A stretch of 64,000 bases of DNA, from the NCBI GenBank assembly GCA_013265495.1, contig MU058444.1:2480001-2544000 (forward strand), given 5' to 3'. A program made the position numbers and the translations under genes. Below the pieces are notes generated by a model, which searched no databases, had not been told where the DNA came from, and saw nothing but the letters and a program-made list of their open reading frames with translations. The first letter of the stretch is position 1; the number at the start of each line of letters is the position of its first letter. The stretch is from Vicugna vicugna (taxonomy: Eukaryota). This document shows positions 35,601 to 47,100 of this stretch, piece by piece.

Positions 35601-38184
35601 TCAATGACAAGTGTTACTGATGAGGGTAAAATAAATGGAGTACCAGAGTGTTTTGATTCCTTAAGTTCATTATGGTGGAAGTTTGTCCATTATCCACTGT
35701 GAAAATTAGCTCAACTGTAGAGTGTTTGTTTATAAGTAATATTTTCCTTTGGGTTATTTAATCTTTTGTTATTTTTCCACTCAGCCTCTCTGCCTTTTTA
35801 GGTCTCAAACACATGCTGTCTTCTACCATTCTATACTTATAACTCCATAATTGTTTGTTGAGTGAATGAATAAATACTCTAAGTGACCCCTGCTTTTTCT
35901 AATTTATGGATTTCCTATCCTGATCCTTTTTATTCTTCTCTCTTAATTAACGTGAACCGTAAGTTGTCATCGTTCCGCAGTTCAGAAGGGCTACGTGTTG
36001 GTGTAATGGTTGCCCCCAGCAGGAAGTTTCTAGTAGTTGTCTCTCGCTTGTTCCCACTCCTGCTTTTTCTGTTTCTGCAGCTACTTGTTAATCTTACTCG
36101 TGACCGTTTCCTTATGGTGTTTTTTCCTGCCCATTCTACTTTTTGCTTTGTGCTCTCTTACCTTCTTTCATCTCCCTTTCCTCTACCTACTCTCTGTTCA
36201 TGGGAGCTCTGCTTCAGCCTGTGTATTCCTGGTAACTTGGGGACTTTGTTCGTGTGCTATTTCAGTGGGTATGTAACAAAAGTTCCTAATAGATGTTTCT
36301 TGGAAAGAGCAAGCTATTATATTTTTATCTCCTCTGCTACCTTCCTGGATTGAATGTATGATCTTGACAATCTTAATACAAGTGGTAGGTTTTAGTCTTA
36401 AAGTAGGTGATTCATCTCTGTTGACCATGCATTGGAGAATATCTGTCCCTCTATCCTCTTTCTATTTTTCCAGTCTTAAAATTTTTCATTTTTACAGCTC
36501 AGGCATTAGTCCTAATTACTTTATTACATGATCCCTGCGCAGAAGTTTTGCTCTCTGGTTTTATCTTGGTGGCTAAATCACTGCCTGCAGAGAAGGCACT
36601 TTGCTGGTCTGAGAGCGGCTGTGGCCCAGGGGAGAAACAAGCTGTCTTTGAGACTGGACACTCCTTCTCCGGAAGGGGATCTTTAGCTAGAGCTCAGCTT
36701 CTGTCCCCTGACCCCAGGGTCTTTTTCTGTTAGTATTTCCACTGAATGTATATCACTATGGCTTGGCAACAGCCATCTTTCCCCATCCTAGGAAATCTTT
36801 CCCTCAGCCGTATTCTCCCGCTATGTTCCTTTCTCTTGTTCTCAACGTATTAGAATTTTTTAAAGAATAATTTTTACTTTTGGCTCTTACTGCCTCATTT
36901 TCTACTTAATTTTTTAGAGCCTGACTTCTGTGCTCACTACTTTCCTGAAGATTGCCTTCTCAGAGACATTTTAAAATCTCCTTCTTGCTAAATTCAGTGG
37001 CAGCTTTTCAATGCTCAGTGCTTTTGGCCACATTTAGCATTGACAGCTTTTCATTAAGGTTTTCTTTTTCTTCAGCTTCTTTGAATTTATGCATTCCTGA
37101 TTCTTCTTAGATTTCTGATTACCTGTTTAACCCTTCTTCCTGAATCCTGAAATTCTGTCTTTTCAAGAGCCTCCTTGAATCTCTTCTTTCCCCTCTTTGC
37201 TGTCTTCCTTGGCAAGATCACAGTTTGAGTGTAGTTCTGGAGTTAATAGTGTTCTCTGAGGAGAGTTGTCCTCAGCGATGGCTGTGTTTAGGCCTCTTGT
37301 GCCTTAGAGAATGGGCCTTAGGAGGTGGTCCAGGGAGCAGCTTTCAAATCTCCATTTCCAGTTGTGTCTGTGGATCCAGATTACAGGCCTGCACGTCCAG
37401 CTGGCTGCAGGTTTCTCTGTGTGCCACTGGCACGTCAACCCGTCACGTCCAGAAGAACGTCAGCTTTCTGTTTCTGTGTTCCAAATTTACAGTGATGGCA
37501 TCAGTATTCCTCAGTCACCCAAGCTTGAAATTTTAGGGACCACTCAGACCCCTTGTTACTGATGGGTATTTTTTACAGCCAGTCATGGTGGGCTTTGTTT
37601 CCGTTTTACCTGTGTGCTCTCTTGTACGAGCACCACGCCGACGCTCTTCGCTTTGCCATGACTGCTGCTTCATTTCTGCGTCCCTGTGTCCCTGGACTGA
37701 TTAATCACCCTGCTTTCCCTGCTCTCCGCACTTCTCTGTGTGATTCATCGCCTTAAAGGAAGCTCTCATGATATTATTCCCATCTTACTGGTTATTGGTT
37801 CCCTTTTGCCTATAGAATAAAATCTAGGCTTTCAAGCTTAGCATCCAAGGCCTGGCCTATGGTGGAGTCAGTGTGGACGGAGGGAAAGTTTGGAGAAGAA
37901 CCAGGTTTGATGTTTGACTCTGTAGGGGTGGGAGATGCAGCCCAGCTGCAATTCAGAGAACTGCACGTGTTTGAGCTTGGATGTCTGAGAGACACCACTG
38001 ATACCTGTCCCATTTGAAAAGCATTGGCTCGTGGTATCTGTGTCTTTGTATGTAGCGCTATTCCTGTATTAAACATCCTCTTCCCAGGGTGTTGACACAG
38101 TCCTAACACCTCACTGGGGCTTAGGCTCTTCCAGGTCCTGTCATGTTGAGTGTTTTCCTCTGCATTTGTTCCCACCTGTAAGGC

Positions 38185-38774
38185 TGAAGGAGGAATAATA
38201 AAATGGCCACATTTAGGCTAATAGATGGCTTATTCTTATGCTTGCCCCGAAAATGTTCAACTGACCTGCCTGATCGGTTGCTACTCACAGTTCCAGGCCC
38301 ATCGTTAAAACTAAAGCTATTAATCTTACTGTTTCTACTTCAGTCCAGTATCAGAAGCTATAATCATGCTTGGTCTCTGAGTTGATCTCCAGGGAGAAGG
38401 TCACAGAACAGTAACCTTACAAAGTAGCCTAAATACCAAGAAGACCGCGCCTTGAGTGCTTATGAGATAAAGAGATCGAAAAGGTGACAACTGGCTTCCT
38501 TAGAGCTGGTCGCCTGGAGGCATCATGATGCCTCTCTAAGTCTTTTGATGAGAAAATGATTCTGTTGACTGTTACCAATGCTTTATTGTTTGAGCTATGG
38601 CTCTGTAACCACCCCACCCCATCCCCAAGGTGGTCTCCAGTTGTGAAGGCACCAGCCTGCTGTGAGTCCCCTTTGCCCGGCACAGTAGTAAAGCTACCTC
38701 TTTCCTTCTAAGCTCCAAGACCTGATCTCTGAGTTACTTGGCTTGTCAGGGATGGGGGTGATCTTTTGGCAGCA
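38185..38774 (+). mobile_element. Solo ERV1 LTR with 4-bp TSD (aggc) in ZNF451 intron 2
   Basis: TGAAGG...GCAGCA termini, aggc at 38181-38184 and 38775-38778; the empty site is preserved in the paralog at ~11401-11435. Confidence 0.88.
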
Positions 38775-38891
38775 AGGCTTCCTCTTCAGAGGAATTCTTG
38801 CCAGTCACAACATCAACAGGAAGGATTGTTTTAAGTGCTGGGTTAGTTGAATAACTCTTCGTGATTTGTTAATTCGTCCGTTCTTTCATAG

Positions 38892-38972
38892 GAAGGACCT
38901 TTAAGGCCTGTCCTTGAATACATCGATCTGGTCAGCAGTGATGATGAAGAGCCGAGCACCTCTCGCAGTGAT
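38892..38972 (+). CDS. ZNF451: ZNF451 coding exon 3 (EGPLRPVLEYIDLVSSDDEEPSTSRSD; PLRP motif + SIM2)
   Basis: Acceptor ttctttcatag|, donor |gtaagt at 38973; 81 nt, phase 0-0; PLRP inter-SIM motif and YIDLV SIM typical of the ZNF451 family. Confidence 0.95.
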
Positions 38973-40408
38973 GTAAGTACATTACGTGTGATTTGCATTT
39001 CCTCACATCTGGCATTTAAGCAGCACTCTCGGAAGAGAGTTATCAAGTCAACAATGGCTGTGTTTACACCTGTTGTGCTTTAAAGAATGGCCCATTGGTG
39101 TTAGGATGGGCCGGAAGATGTGGTCTCAGGGTCCTTTGCCCTGGAGCTCTCCTACTCCCAGTTTTGTTACTCTACCTTGAGTGAGGATGTGAAAGGGCTA
39201 GTGACACAGGAAAGTTCTAAGCCTTGGAGGTATCATCTTGATAAAAGGGAAATAGGATAAAAACTGCAGGCTTTTTGGCTCCCTTCTCCTTTCCTGTCTC
39301 TCCTCAGGTGCCCTGCAGAACTGGGTCCTTTTCTCCCAGAACCATGGGGCCACAGAAAATTGGTTTTATCTTGGAAGAAAGCTAATGCGAAGATCTTGTA
39401 GGAAATGGAATGCGGGGAAGGGTTATGGGTCATTCGGGCGTCCTTCCTTTTCACCCTCTCCGTCCCCACATATTTGGAGTCTTCTTTCTTACCTGTGATT
39501 TGTTGGCTGTGGGTTGGACTCTTAAACTAATACTTCCCTCACTCTGAGGTCCAGGGTAGCCGAACCCTTTGTAGCAATCTTGTTTTTCATTTGTCTTGGG
39601 CCAGGTTTCTATTAATGGTGGCTCTGCGTACCAGGTGGCCAGAAAACTTCCTGCCCTATGATACAACGATTTGAGACTTGGACTTGAAATAAAAATGCCT
39701 AGGTTTTCGTCTCTACTTTACTCCTTATGCATTCTGTGAATTTGGGTAAATTAAGTAGCCTTTTAGCCTCAGTTTCTTTATCACATAAGAATGACACCTA
39801 CCTCACAGGGTTGTTGTGAGGCTGGAATGAGGTAGCAGGTATATACGTGAGCTCCTTGAAAACTACAAACCATAAAGCAGAACCATGCAACTGAAACGTT
39901 TTGTTCTTCATGAAAAGCGAATCAGAGAATTTTTAAAGGGTCTTAAAACTGCAGTGGGGGACTTTTAGAAACTTTTTTCCTCTCGATGGAACTTTTTCCA
40001 TGTTCTCTGCCCTTATTAAGGTCTCCTTGTTGACTTACACATGCTGAATGAGATTTTTAAAAATACTGTTGTCACCAGTAGTCGCGCTCCCTCTTACCCT
40101 AGCAGTGGGGACAAGCCGTAGGCTGGGATGGCACCGCTCAAACTGGGCTCGTTTTGACTCCTTTTTCACAGAGAGCGCCAGTTTAATGCCAGTAGTCGTA
40201 TCGGGCCTTCGGGGTAGTAAAAACGTGTGGGTTTGACTTCGGCGGTCCCCTTGCTGACTTGTAGTGGATTGCAACTTTTGTTGTTAATTATAATAGTTTA
40301 AAAAATTGAGTTCTACTTACTGGACATGCATCTCTGTACTTGAAAGTTAACATATTAAAAGCGTATTTTTTTTCTTCCTTGGTTTTCTTGTTCATGTGGA
40401 TAACCCAG

Positions 40409-41902
40409 AGAATGCCTGAGTCTAAGGTGCCATCCTCTGAGAGTCATCGCCCAGAAATGTGCTCTAGCTGCAGTGTTCCTCTTTCCATTGGAGACAGCAG
40501 CTCCTCCTCTGGGAGTTGCACCAGCAGTCCACAAAGGATAGTTTCTCAGCCTTCCTCTATTGAGAACCCATTGGAGAACCAGAAAAATGATCCAAATAAT
40601 TCCGATATTAAGATCTCTGAGACAGAGACACTTAAACCATCACACAATTATCAGACTTTGCCTTCATCTCCACTTCTGGTCCCCCAAGAATCTTTGGCCT
40701 CTTCAGAGGTCAAGGAGGATTTACCTGTAGAGTCTTCAGCTTCACAGCACGGACAGGATGCCATCCTCTACCTCCAGACACAGGTGGCTGAGATGTCCCG
40801 AGTGATACGGGACCTGCAGTCCAGGAGCTGTTTTAGATTTCATCATTCTAGGCCAAGTGAGAACTCCTCGGTTCCTTGGGATATCTCCACCTCCAAGGAA
40901 GAACATTTATCCACAGTGGAAGAAGAAGCTGACTGCAAGTCCCCCTCTGCCGATGACAAAGGGCAGCCAGCTGACCCCAGTCAGTCGAGTTTCACAGGTC
41001 TCTTAAAGAGAATGGAGCAGCGAGGAGTTATAAAGAGAGTCACATTGCAGTCTGAAGCGGAACCATGTGAAGGGAAGCCTGATTGTGTGACCTCTAAGAA
41101 ACGTTTGGTTCCTCCCCTGCATCCTCTTCTGAGAATTGCCACCACTGAGGTTTTCAAAGACCCTGCTGATTGCCATCCTTCTTCTTTCATGGGACACAGG
41201 GTATATCCTGTGGCCAAGGATACCTCTCCCTTCCAACCGAATCCACCCGCCGGGGGCCCCATCGTAGAAGCGCTGGCGCACAGCCGAAGAGGGAGCGCAG
41301 CGTCTCTGCTCGATTCTGCCTCAAAAGAAATGGAGGTCATGGGTTGTAGGTTCTACCACGCCGCTTCCATCGCGGCCCGGGCTGCTAGCTACATGGCCTA
41401 CATGACGCAGTACCAGCGTAAACTCTGGGAAGACATGGAGGATCTGGTCCACGACCCAGAGTTTGATCGTGGAAAAGCGAGGTGTATAATATCAGACGGT
41501 ATGGATGCAGGCCTCTGGCAGCTTTGTACTACCAGGGACATCATGGACTCTGTGGTCAGAGTGATGGCGATGGCGATAGACTACAGAAGGCAAGCTTGGC
41601 TCCGACTCACGTCGCTCACCAAGAAGACCCAGGAGAAGATCTCACACTTGCCCTTTGATGGTACTTCCCTCTTTGGGCAAGATGTCAATGCTGTTGTTGC
41701 TGAAGAAAACAGTATAAAAGAAAATGACTATAAAGACCACAACAAGTACTATAGCCAACATCGATACTTTTATAGTCATGACCAGAAAGCACATTATCAC
41801 AGTAAAGGATACTCGAGAGGGGATTGGTACAAACCCCGAAACCACCCCTATAGATACAGGAAGAAGGGAGACTCTCCAGAACGCCACGGGTACAAGAATT
41901 AG
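40409..41902 (+). CDS. ZNF451: ZNF451 alternative terminal exon encoding the LAP2alpha domain (ZNF451 isoform 3 type; domesticated DIRS ORF1/gag)
   Basis: Uninterrupted ORF; acceptor taacccag| at 40408 in phase 0 gives RMPESKVPSSE...GYKN*, 497 aa; with exons 1-3 (62 aa) the protein is 559 aa. The C-terminal RRQAWLRLTSL...LPFDGTSLFG is characteristic of LAP2alpha/DIRS ORF1. Confidence 0.92.
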   Translation, partial: RMPESKVPSSESHRPEMCSSCSVPLSIGDSSSSSGSCTSSPQRIVSQPSSIENPLENQKNDPNNSDIKISETETLKPSHNYQTLPSSPLLVPQESLASSEVKEDLPVESSASQHGQDAILYLQTQVAEMSRVIRDLQSRSCFRFHHSRPSENSSVPWDISTSKEEHLSTVEEEADCKSPSADDKGQPADPSQSSFTGLLKRMEQRGVIKRVTLQSEAEPCEGKPDCVTSKKRLVPPLHPLLRIATTEVFKDPADCHPSSFMGHRVYPVAKDTSPFQPNPPAGGPIVEALAHSRRGSAASLLDSASKEMEVMGCRFYHAASIAARAASYMAYMTQYQRKLWEDMEDLVHDPEFDRGKARCIISDGMDAGLWQLCTTRDIMDSVVRVMAMAIDYRRQAWLRLTSLTKKTQEKISHLPFDGTSLFGQDVNAVVAEENSIKENDYKDHNKYYSQHRYFYSHDQKAHYHSKGYSRGDWYKPRNHPYRYRKKGDSPERHGYKN

Positions 41903-41976
41903 TAACCCGCTCCCGTTCAGCTGCGTGCCATCCGAGATGCTGCTTGTTTTACTTGCTCCTCCCCACTCACGTGGGT

Positions 41977-44170
41977 CTGCAGGTGGGGGGCCACCTCGCA
42001 GACTGAACATTTGTCTGGAGTTGTCACAGCTGACAGTTGACTTCTGGACTTTTGGAATGAAGTAAATAATAAAGAGACTCATGCTTTATTGGCCAACTGA
42101 GCAGTAGAGACTTTAAGCAGGGTCGGACAAGGGTTTACCTGTGATTTCTAGTCCAGAATAAGTCGAGGGAGGGGACTCAGGAATCTGAGTCCTCTTGTGA
42201 TTAAGGGAAAATACGACGACTTCTTCCTCAGGAAAATCTTGCTGATAAACTGAGGACTAGCAGATTTGGGACTTGGAAATAACCTGCTATCGATCTAACA
42301 CCAGAGGCAAATCCTTCATTTTTAGGTCCTCAGTCCTTCCTTGTTTAGGCTTTGGTTTGTCAGATCTTCACAGAGTGACAAATCTCTTATAATCTCTTTA
42401 TGTCAGGATAATTAGCTCACTGGGAGTCCATCCTACTCTCAGGCTCTGTGAGACTTCAGAATCTGCCTTGAAGCTATGTGTCAAGAAGTGGAATTCAAGT
42501 CAAAAGTTGCCAAATCCAGTTTGCTTCCAGTGGGATGGCTAGATGGTACAAGTCTGCTGTGGACACCGGCTGGAAGAAGACTTTCCTACCTGTCACATCT
42601 CTGTAGAAACTTTCACAGAAATTGTCTCAGCAAGACTGAGGCCTGCTATACCAGTCATCCGCCACTCAGAGCTGCGCATAAGAGAGTTCTCTAGTCGTCA
42701 CTCCTGGACTGTGACCTGGCAAGCTCCGTGTATCAGCAGGCTGTGAGACCCAGTCATGGTGTTCTCTCAGGATAATCCGGGCCTTGAACCAAAATGACCT
42801 TGACTGCCTTCTACACTTTTTTGAACTGGACAACTCATCACACTCTAAATACAAAAACGATATGCACATTAGTGCTGTGGAAATTAAGGATGTTACACCA
42901 TCCAGGCATGCAAATCTGAACTCTTTAAAGAGCAAGAATTCCAAACATGCCTGACAGTCCGGCCTTCTTATTGTAATAAAGAGGGATGCTGTCAATCTCG
43001 ATGTTACTGAGACATGCTTAAGATTTAGAGGATAACTGTGGGTGTAGGAAAGAGAACGTCTCACACAGTTCTCTTTCTGGATCTCCTTGAACGATTTCTT
43101 GAAAGTCTGAAGTCAAGACTTCAGTGACATACTCTGGGTTTATTGGTCCCTTAATCTAGTCAGACTCTTAACCGTGAGAGACGGCTTATCTTTTTGTGTC
43201 CAATTCTTTGCATTAATACTTCTCTATCATACTGGAACTGGCAGCAGATACCTCACTTACATGTCCGACAGTATCTTTAATCTCAAGGCAGTGGCTTTAT
43301 GTATACCAGCCCTTAGATCCTGATCTTTGCAACGTGACTTCAGAAATGGAGAAAATGTCAGATTTGAGGGGTCTGAGCACATCATCTACTATTATTTGCT
43401 TAGCCAAATAGAAAAAAGAATTTATTGACAGAATTTTGTAATTTCTTGGTTTGTCAGACGTCTGCGTTGTTTTCCCATCTGCTTGATCTTGGTATTCTTG
43501 AGTTTGCTGTTAGTGGAACAGAACACTGTTTGAGGGTTTGTGTAGTTTTTGTTTCTCGCCACGGGTCTTGCGCAGTGGTGACTGACATTCTCCCGGGTGC
43601 CCCATTTGTTTCATAGTTATTGGAAGCTCATTCCCCCTCCTAACCATACTCAGCACCCTTTTTGTCTGCTTGTCTTTCTCACTCTGTTTGTGCTATAGAG
43701 GTTGAAGATGCAAATATCCCTACTTGGAAGAAGTTATTTTGTCAGGTAGTTTCAGGGTACTGTATTGATTCTTTTGTCCCATTTGTAGATTAAATTTAAG
43801 CTGCAGTCTTGGTAGAGTCTCCTCTTGGCAGATTTGGTCAAGTCATGTCTAGAGTTAACAATTCCCTTTAATTTCTCTATATTTTTCACAGTTTTACTTC
43901 TACTTTTTTAGGTCTGTGCTAGTGCTCTGGAAACTGTCTTTCAAATTGAGCTCTCGAAGAGCATTGATGACTATCTGAAAACAAACCAGGGCCTGAGGAA
44001 TCATAGCAAGGTCTTTGTAGTTCATGATACGTGTGGCACCAGTTCCCGCGGTCTGGTGCGCCCTGGACGTGGCGCTGTAGTTTCTTCTGTGAAAGGACTA
44101 GCCGCTGCAGAACTCGCTTGGCACGTTTCTGTAGGGCTGCACACAGGTGTTCCTGGATTACAAACTTGAT
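41977..44170 (+). mobile_element. Fossil DIRS-type pol (RT, RNase H) and tyrosine-recombinase remnants downstream of the LAP2alpha exon
   Basis: Manual translation: VGGHLAD*TFVW/VTADS*LLDF (41983-42052), KETHALLAN*AVETL..GQGF/FLVQNKS (42071-42165), MHISAVEIKDV (42862-42894), SYCNKEGCCQS (42966-42998), FQIELSKSIDDYLKTNQGLRNHSKVFV (43939-44019), FCRAA/VFLDYKLD (44127-44170); same order as in DIRS1-like elements. Confidence 0.7.
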
Positions 44171-47100
44171 GACTTTTGAGGTACCTTTATTTTTAAAAAA
44201 TCAAGCCAGAATAAATGATGCTTAAAGCCCTGATTCTCTGAAACTGCTTTGGCATTTCCACTTAATGTGCTCCTCCTTTTAAGTTTTTTAGTTTTAATTG
44301 TGGTCAAAAAAAGACATAGCATCAAATTTACCATGGTAACCATTAAAGTGTAGAGTTGAGTAGGGTTGGCTACGCTCACATTGTTGGTGGACACCTCCTC
44401 CTGTCCTGCATGCTTATAAAGTGGGATTGCCATTTTCTCCTTTGGCGTTAAACGTTGCTCAGTGATAAAGGTAAGTAGCGTTGCTCTCCTGTTCTGATGT
44501 GCCCAGGCATCTCCAGAGATTTTTCCTGAAAAAGGGTATTGAGCAATCACTGAACTGGTGGTCAGGTGGCTGGCTTCTCGCTTCTGAACAGGATTTGGTA
44601 GTTGCTTGGGGGTGGGTCTAGCGATAGACTGGTCTCCTGACTGTAGGAGAAACAAGACTGGTCTCTTCCCGTTTGTTTTGTATTTTAGAGTCTTTAGCGT
44701 ACTTAGATGATGATGGTGTTACAAAACTAAGAATGGGGGCTTGGTCTAGAGAAGCAGCCCCAGTAGACACCCGCAGTAGTGTGTGGAACTCAGAATTAGT
44801 CAGCTAACACGTTTTCATAACGTGCCTGCCCTGTGCAGGGCCTTTGACAGATTCTCCCTCAGGCCAACCTCTGTCAGCTGGGGTACCTCTAGGTTTTCTA
44901 GGAGGCCGTGGAGTCACCACGAGTTGAACAATTTGGTGTTCTCAAAAGGGATGCATCTAATGATCCTTTTTCTTCAAAGTGTTACTGTTTGACTAGATGT
45001 AAAATGTATGTGGAGACAAGATGATTTCTTGTAGTTACCGTGTGTACACGGAAATGCTGTTTCCATTCATTGTTCTATGAAGTGCCTTTTTAAATTTCAC
45101 ACTATTGTTTAAAACTTAACATTGGAATATCTTGCGTACGTTGCTAGTGATATTTATGTGAATTCTGTACCGTGATTTTAAATTTTGTAGTAGTTTATGC
45201 ATCGTCTGTACAATTGCACTATCTAAATGTACATTCCTTCTGAATGCTAACTTGTTTTCTTTACAGCACTATTGATCCATTTCAGAAGGTTGTAGAGTAT
45301 GTCCCTCCCCCTTTATTTAAATAACTTCACAGTAGTTCTTTTAGTTGTTAGTGATTGGCTCAGTTTTCTGGGCATTAAGGCAGCTTTGTTTTCCATCTGT
45401 AGGTTCTAAGTTTCTGATTGAATCGATTTTCTCACACCTGACCTTGTTCTTAGCCATGGTAACACAACTTATATTTGATAAGTGGGTGTGTTTACTTGGT
45501 AAGAAGAAACAAGGACATTAGGAAAAAGCAGTAAATTTGCTGACACTTTATCTTTTTTTTTTTTTTTAAGTTTGTATGACAGCTTCCTTATCAGTGTCAT
45601 GGCATTTGAACTTTTTACTGTGTGGCAGCTTCTTTAGCAGTGTAATTCCATTTACTTAGCCCTCAAAATGGCATTTTGAGGGGAGCATAAGCTCAGGCTG
45701 CTTGGGTGCTATGTAGTGTGATGCATCAGTACTACACTGATAGCGTACTGAGTGATACCTGAGCGACATGACTGATACTGTCCTCAAGGGCCTGCTCCAT
45801 CCAGGATAGCCTCTCAGGTACTGTGAACGAGGAGGTTGGAATAGATGCAATCCAGAATCCCTTCTAGCTGTGAAGTTGGCTACAGAGTTAAATGACATGG
45901 AGGAACAGAGTTAAAATGCCAAATTCAGTATTCTTGAGGACATGATTTGTTGACTGGGATTCTGGTGAAGGTGAGAAGTTACGGATTAGATCTTTGTAGA
46001 AACAGTTTAAAGATTGCAATAACTGAAAACTTTTTTTTTTTTAATGTGAGGCATATTTTGCCCAGACTTGCACTGTTTAGGTTCCCTTGTCTCCTGAAAC
46101 TTACCATTCCTTACTTAGTGTTAGCGGCTAGCCCAGTGATTGGTCGTCATAGCTGTGTGCATCTCATGCATGTCCTTCAGTTGGCTGGACCTGTTCTCTG
46201 TAGTTTTTTATTAGCGGATACACCAAACAGGTCTTCGTTTTTCACTTTAGAAAATATACAGTTGGAAGTTATCAGTAAACTGATGATGATCATTGTATTG
46301 AATGCAAATCTTTTAGTTATTTTCCTGGATATAATGAGTTTTATAAGCCATTAAAATATTCCTTTATGTAATTTCCCTTCCTGAATGAGTGATGAGAATA
46401 TTGTTTTATTGAACCTTTTTTTTCTTGTATTGATTAGTGGGATGATATTTTGGTACTACTTTGTCTTTTCATTTGCTTGATTTTATAGGAATGAAAAACT
46501 TCTTTATAGCCGTGTTTGGTACCATTGAGATATCTTACTACTGAAAGTGATAGTTGCTTCCAGTGGGATGTGTCTGGAAGTGACCACAGTCTAACCGTGT
46601 CCTTTTGATGTTACCATATCAGTTACTTCATTCTTTGTGTTGATTGTTTCTTTCCCTTTGTGTGGCACCTCTTTCTCACAGGATGTCTGATCTTCCTAGT
46701 CTCTTTGATGTAGACTGTATTTCTTATTCTACCAGTACATACTAGCCAGGATTTTCATGTGGCTTTGTGTGTTTAAATACAATGCCTTCAGCATTATTGT
46801 AAGAAATTTTTCTAGTTCTTTCTTAAGAATGTCCTTTTTTTTTTTTTTAAAGTAACCAGTCCAGTCTTTCACACTATTCTTTGGTTATTGAACTTTCATC
46901 AGTTAATGCCTTCTTGTTTAATGGTAGTATTATTTTCTCATTTCTGCATAGTCTTTATACAAATGTATTATTACATGTAGTTTCTGGTCAGTTGCATCTT
47001 TTCTCTCATAAAAATTTTAAGCCCATCACCATGAATAGTTCAGCTCTGACATATACTAATCAGTTTATCTAGGTCATAAGGGCTTTACTGGTTTTGTTAA

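Noticed and set aside
40340..40408. N-terminal 23 codons of the 520-aa ORF (TTG start, hydrophobic, signal-peptide-like)
   Set aside because: This is the polypyrimidine tract and acceptor of the exon; the coding exon starts at 40409.
44459..44490. cagtgataaaggtaagtagcgtt as a possible DIRS right terminus
   Set aside because: Only a loose resemblance to recalled DIRS ends; I could not find the matching inverted repeat, so it is not called as a feature.
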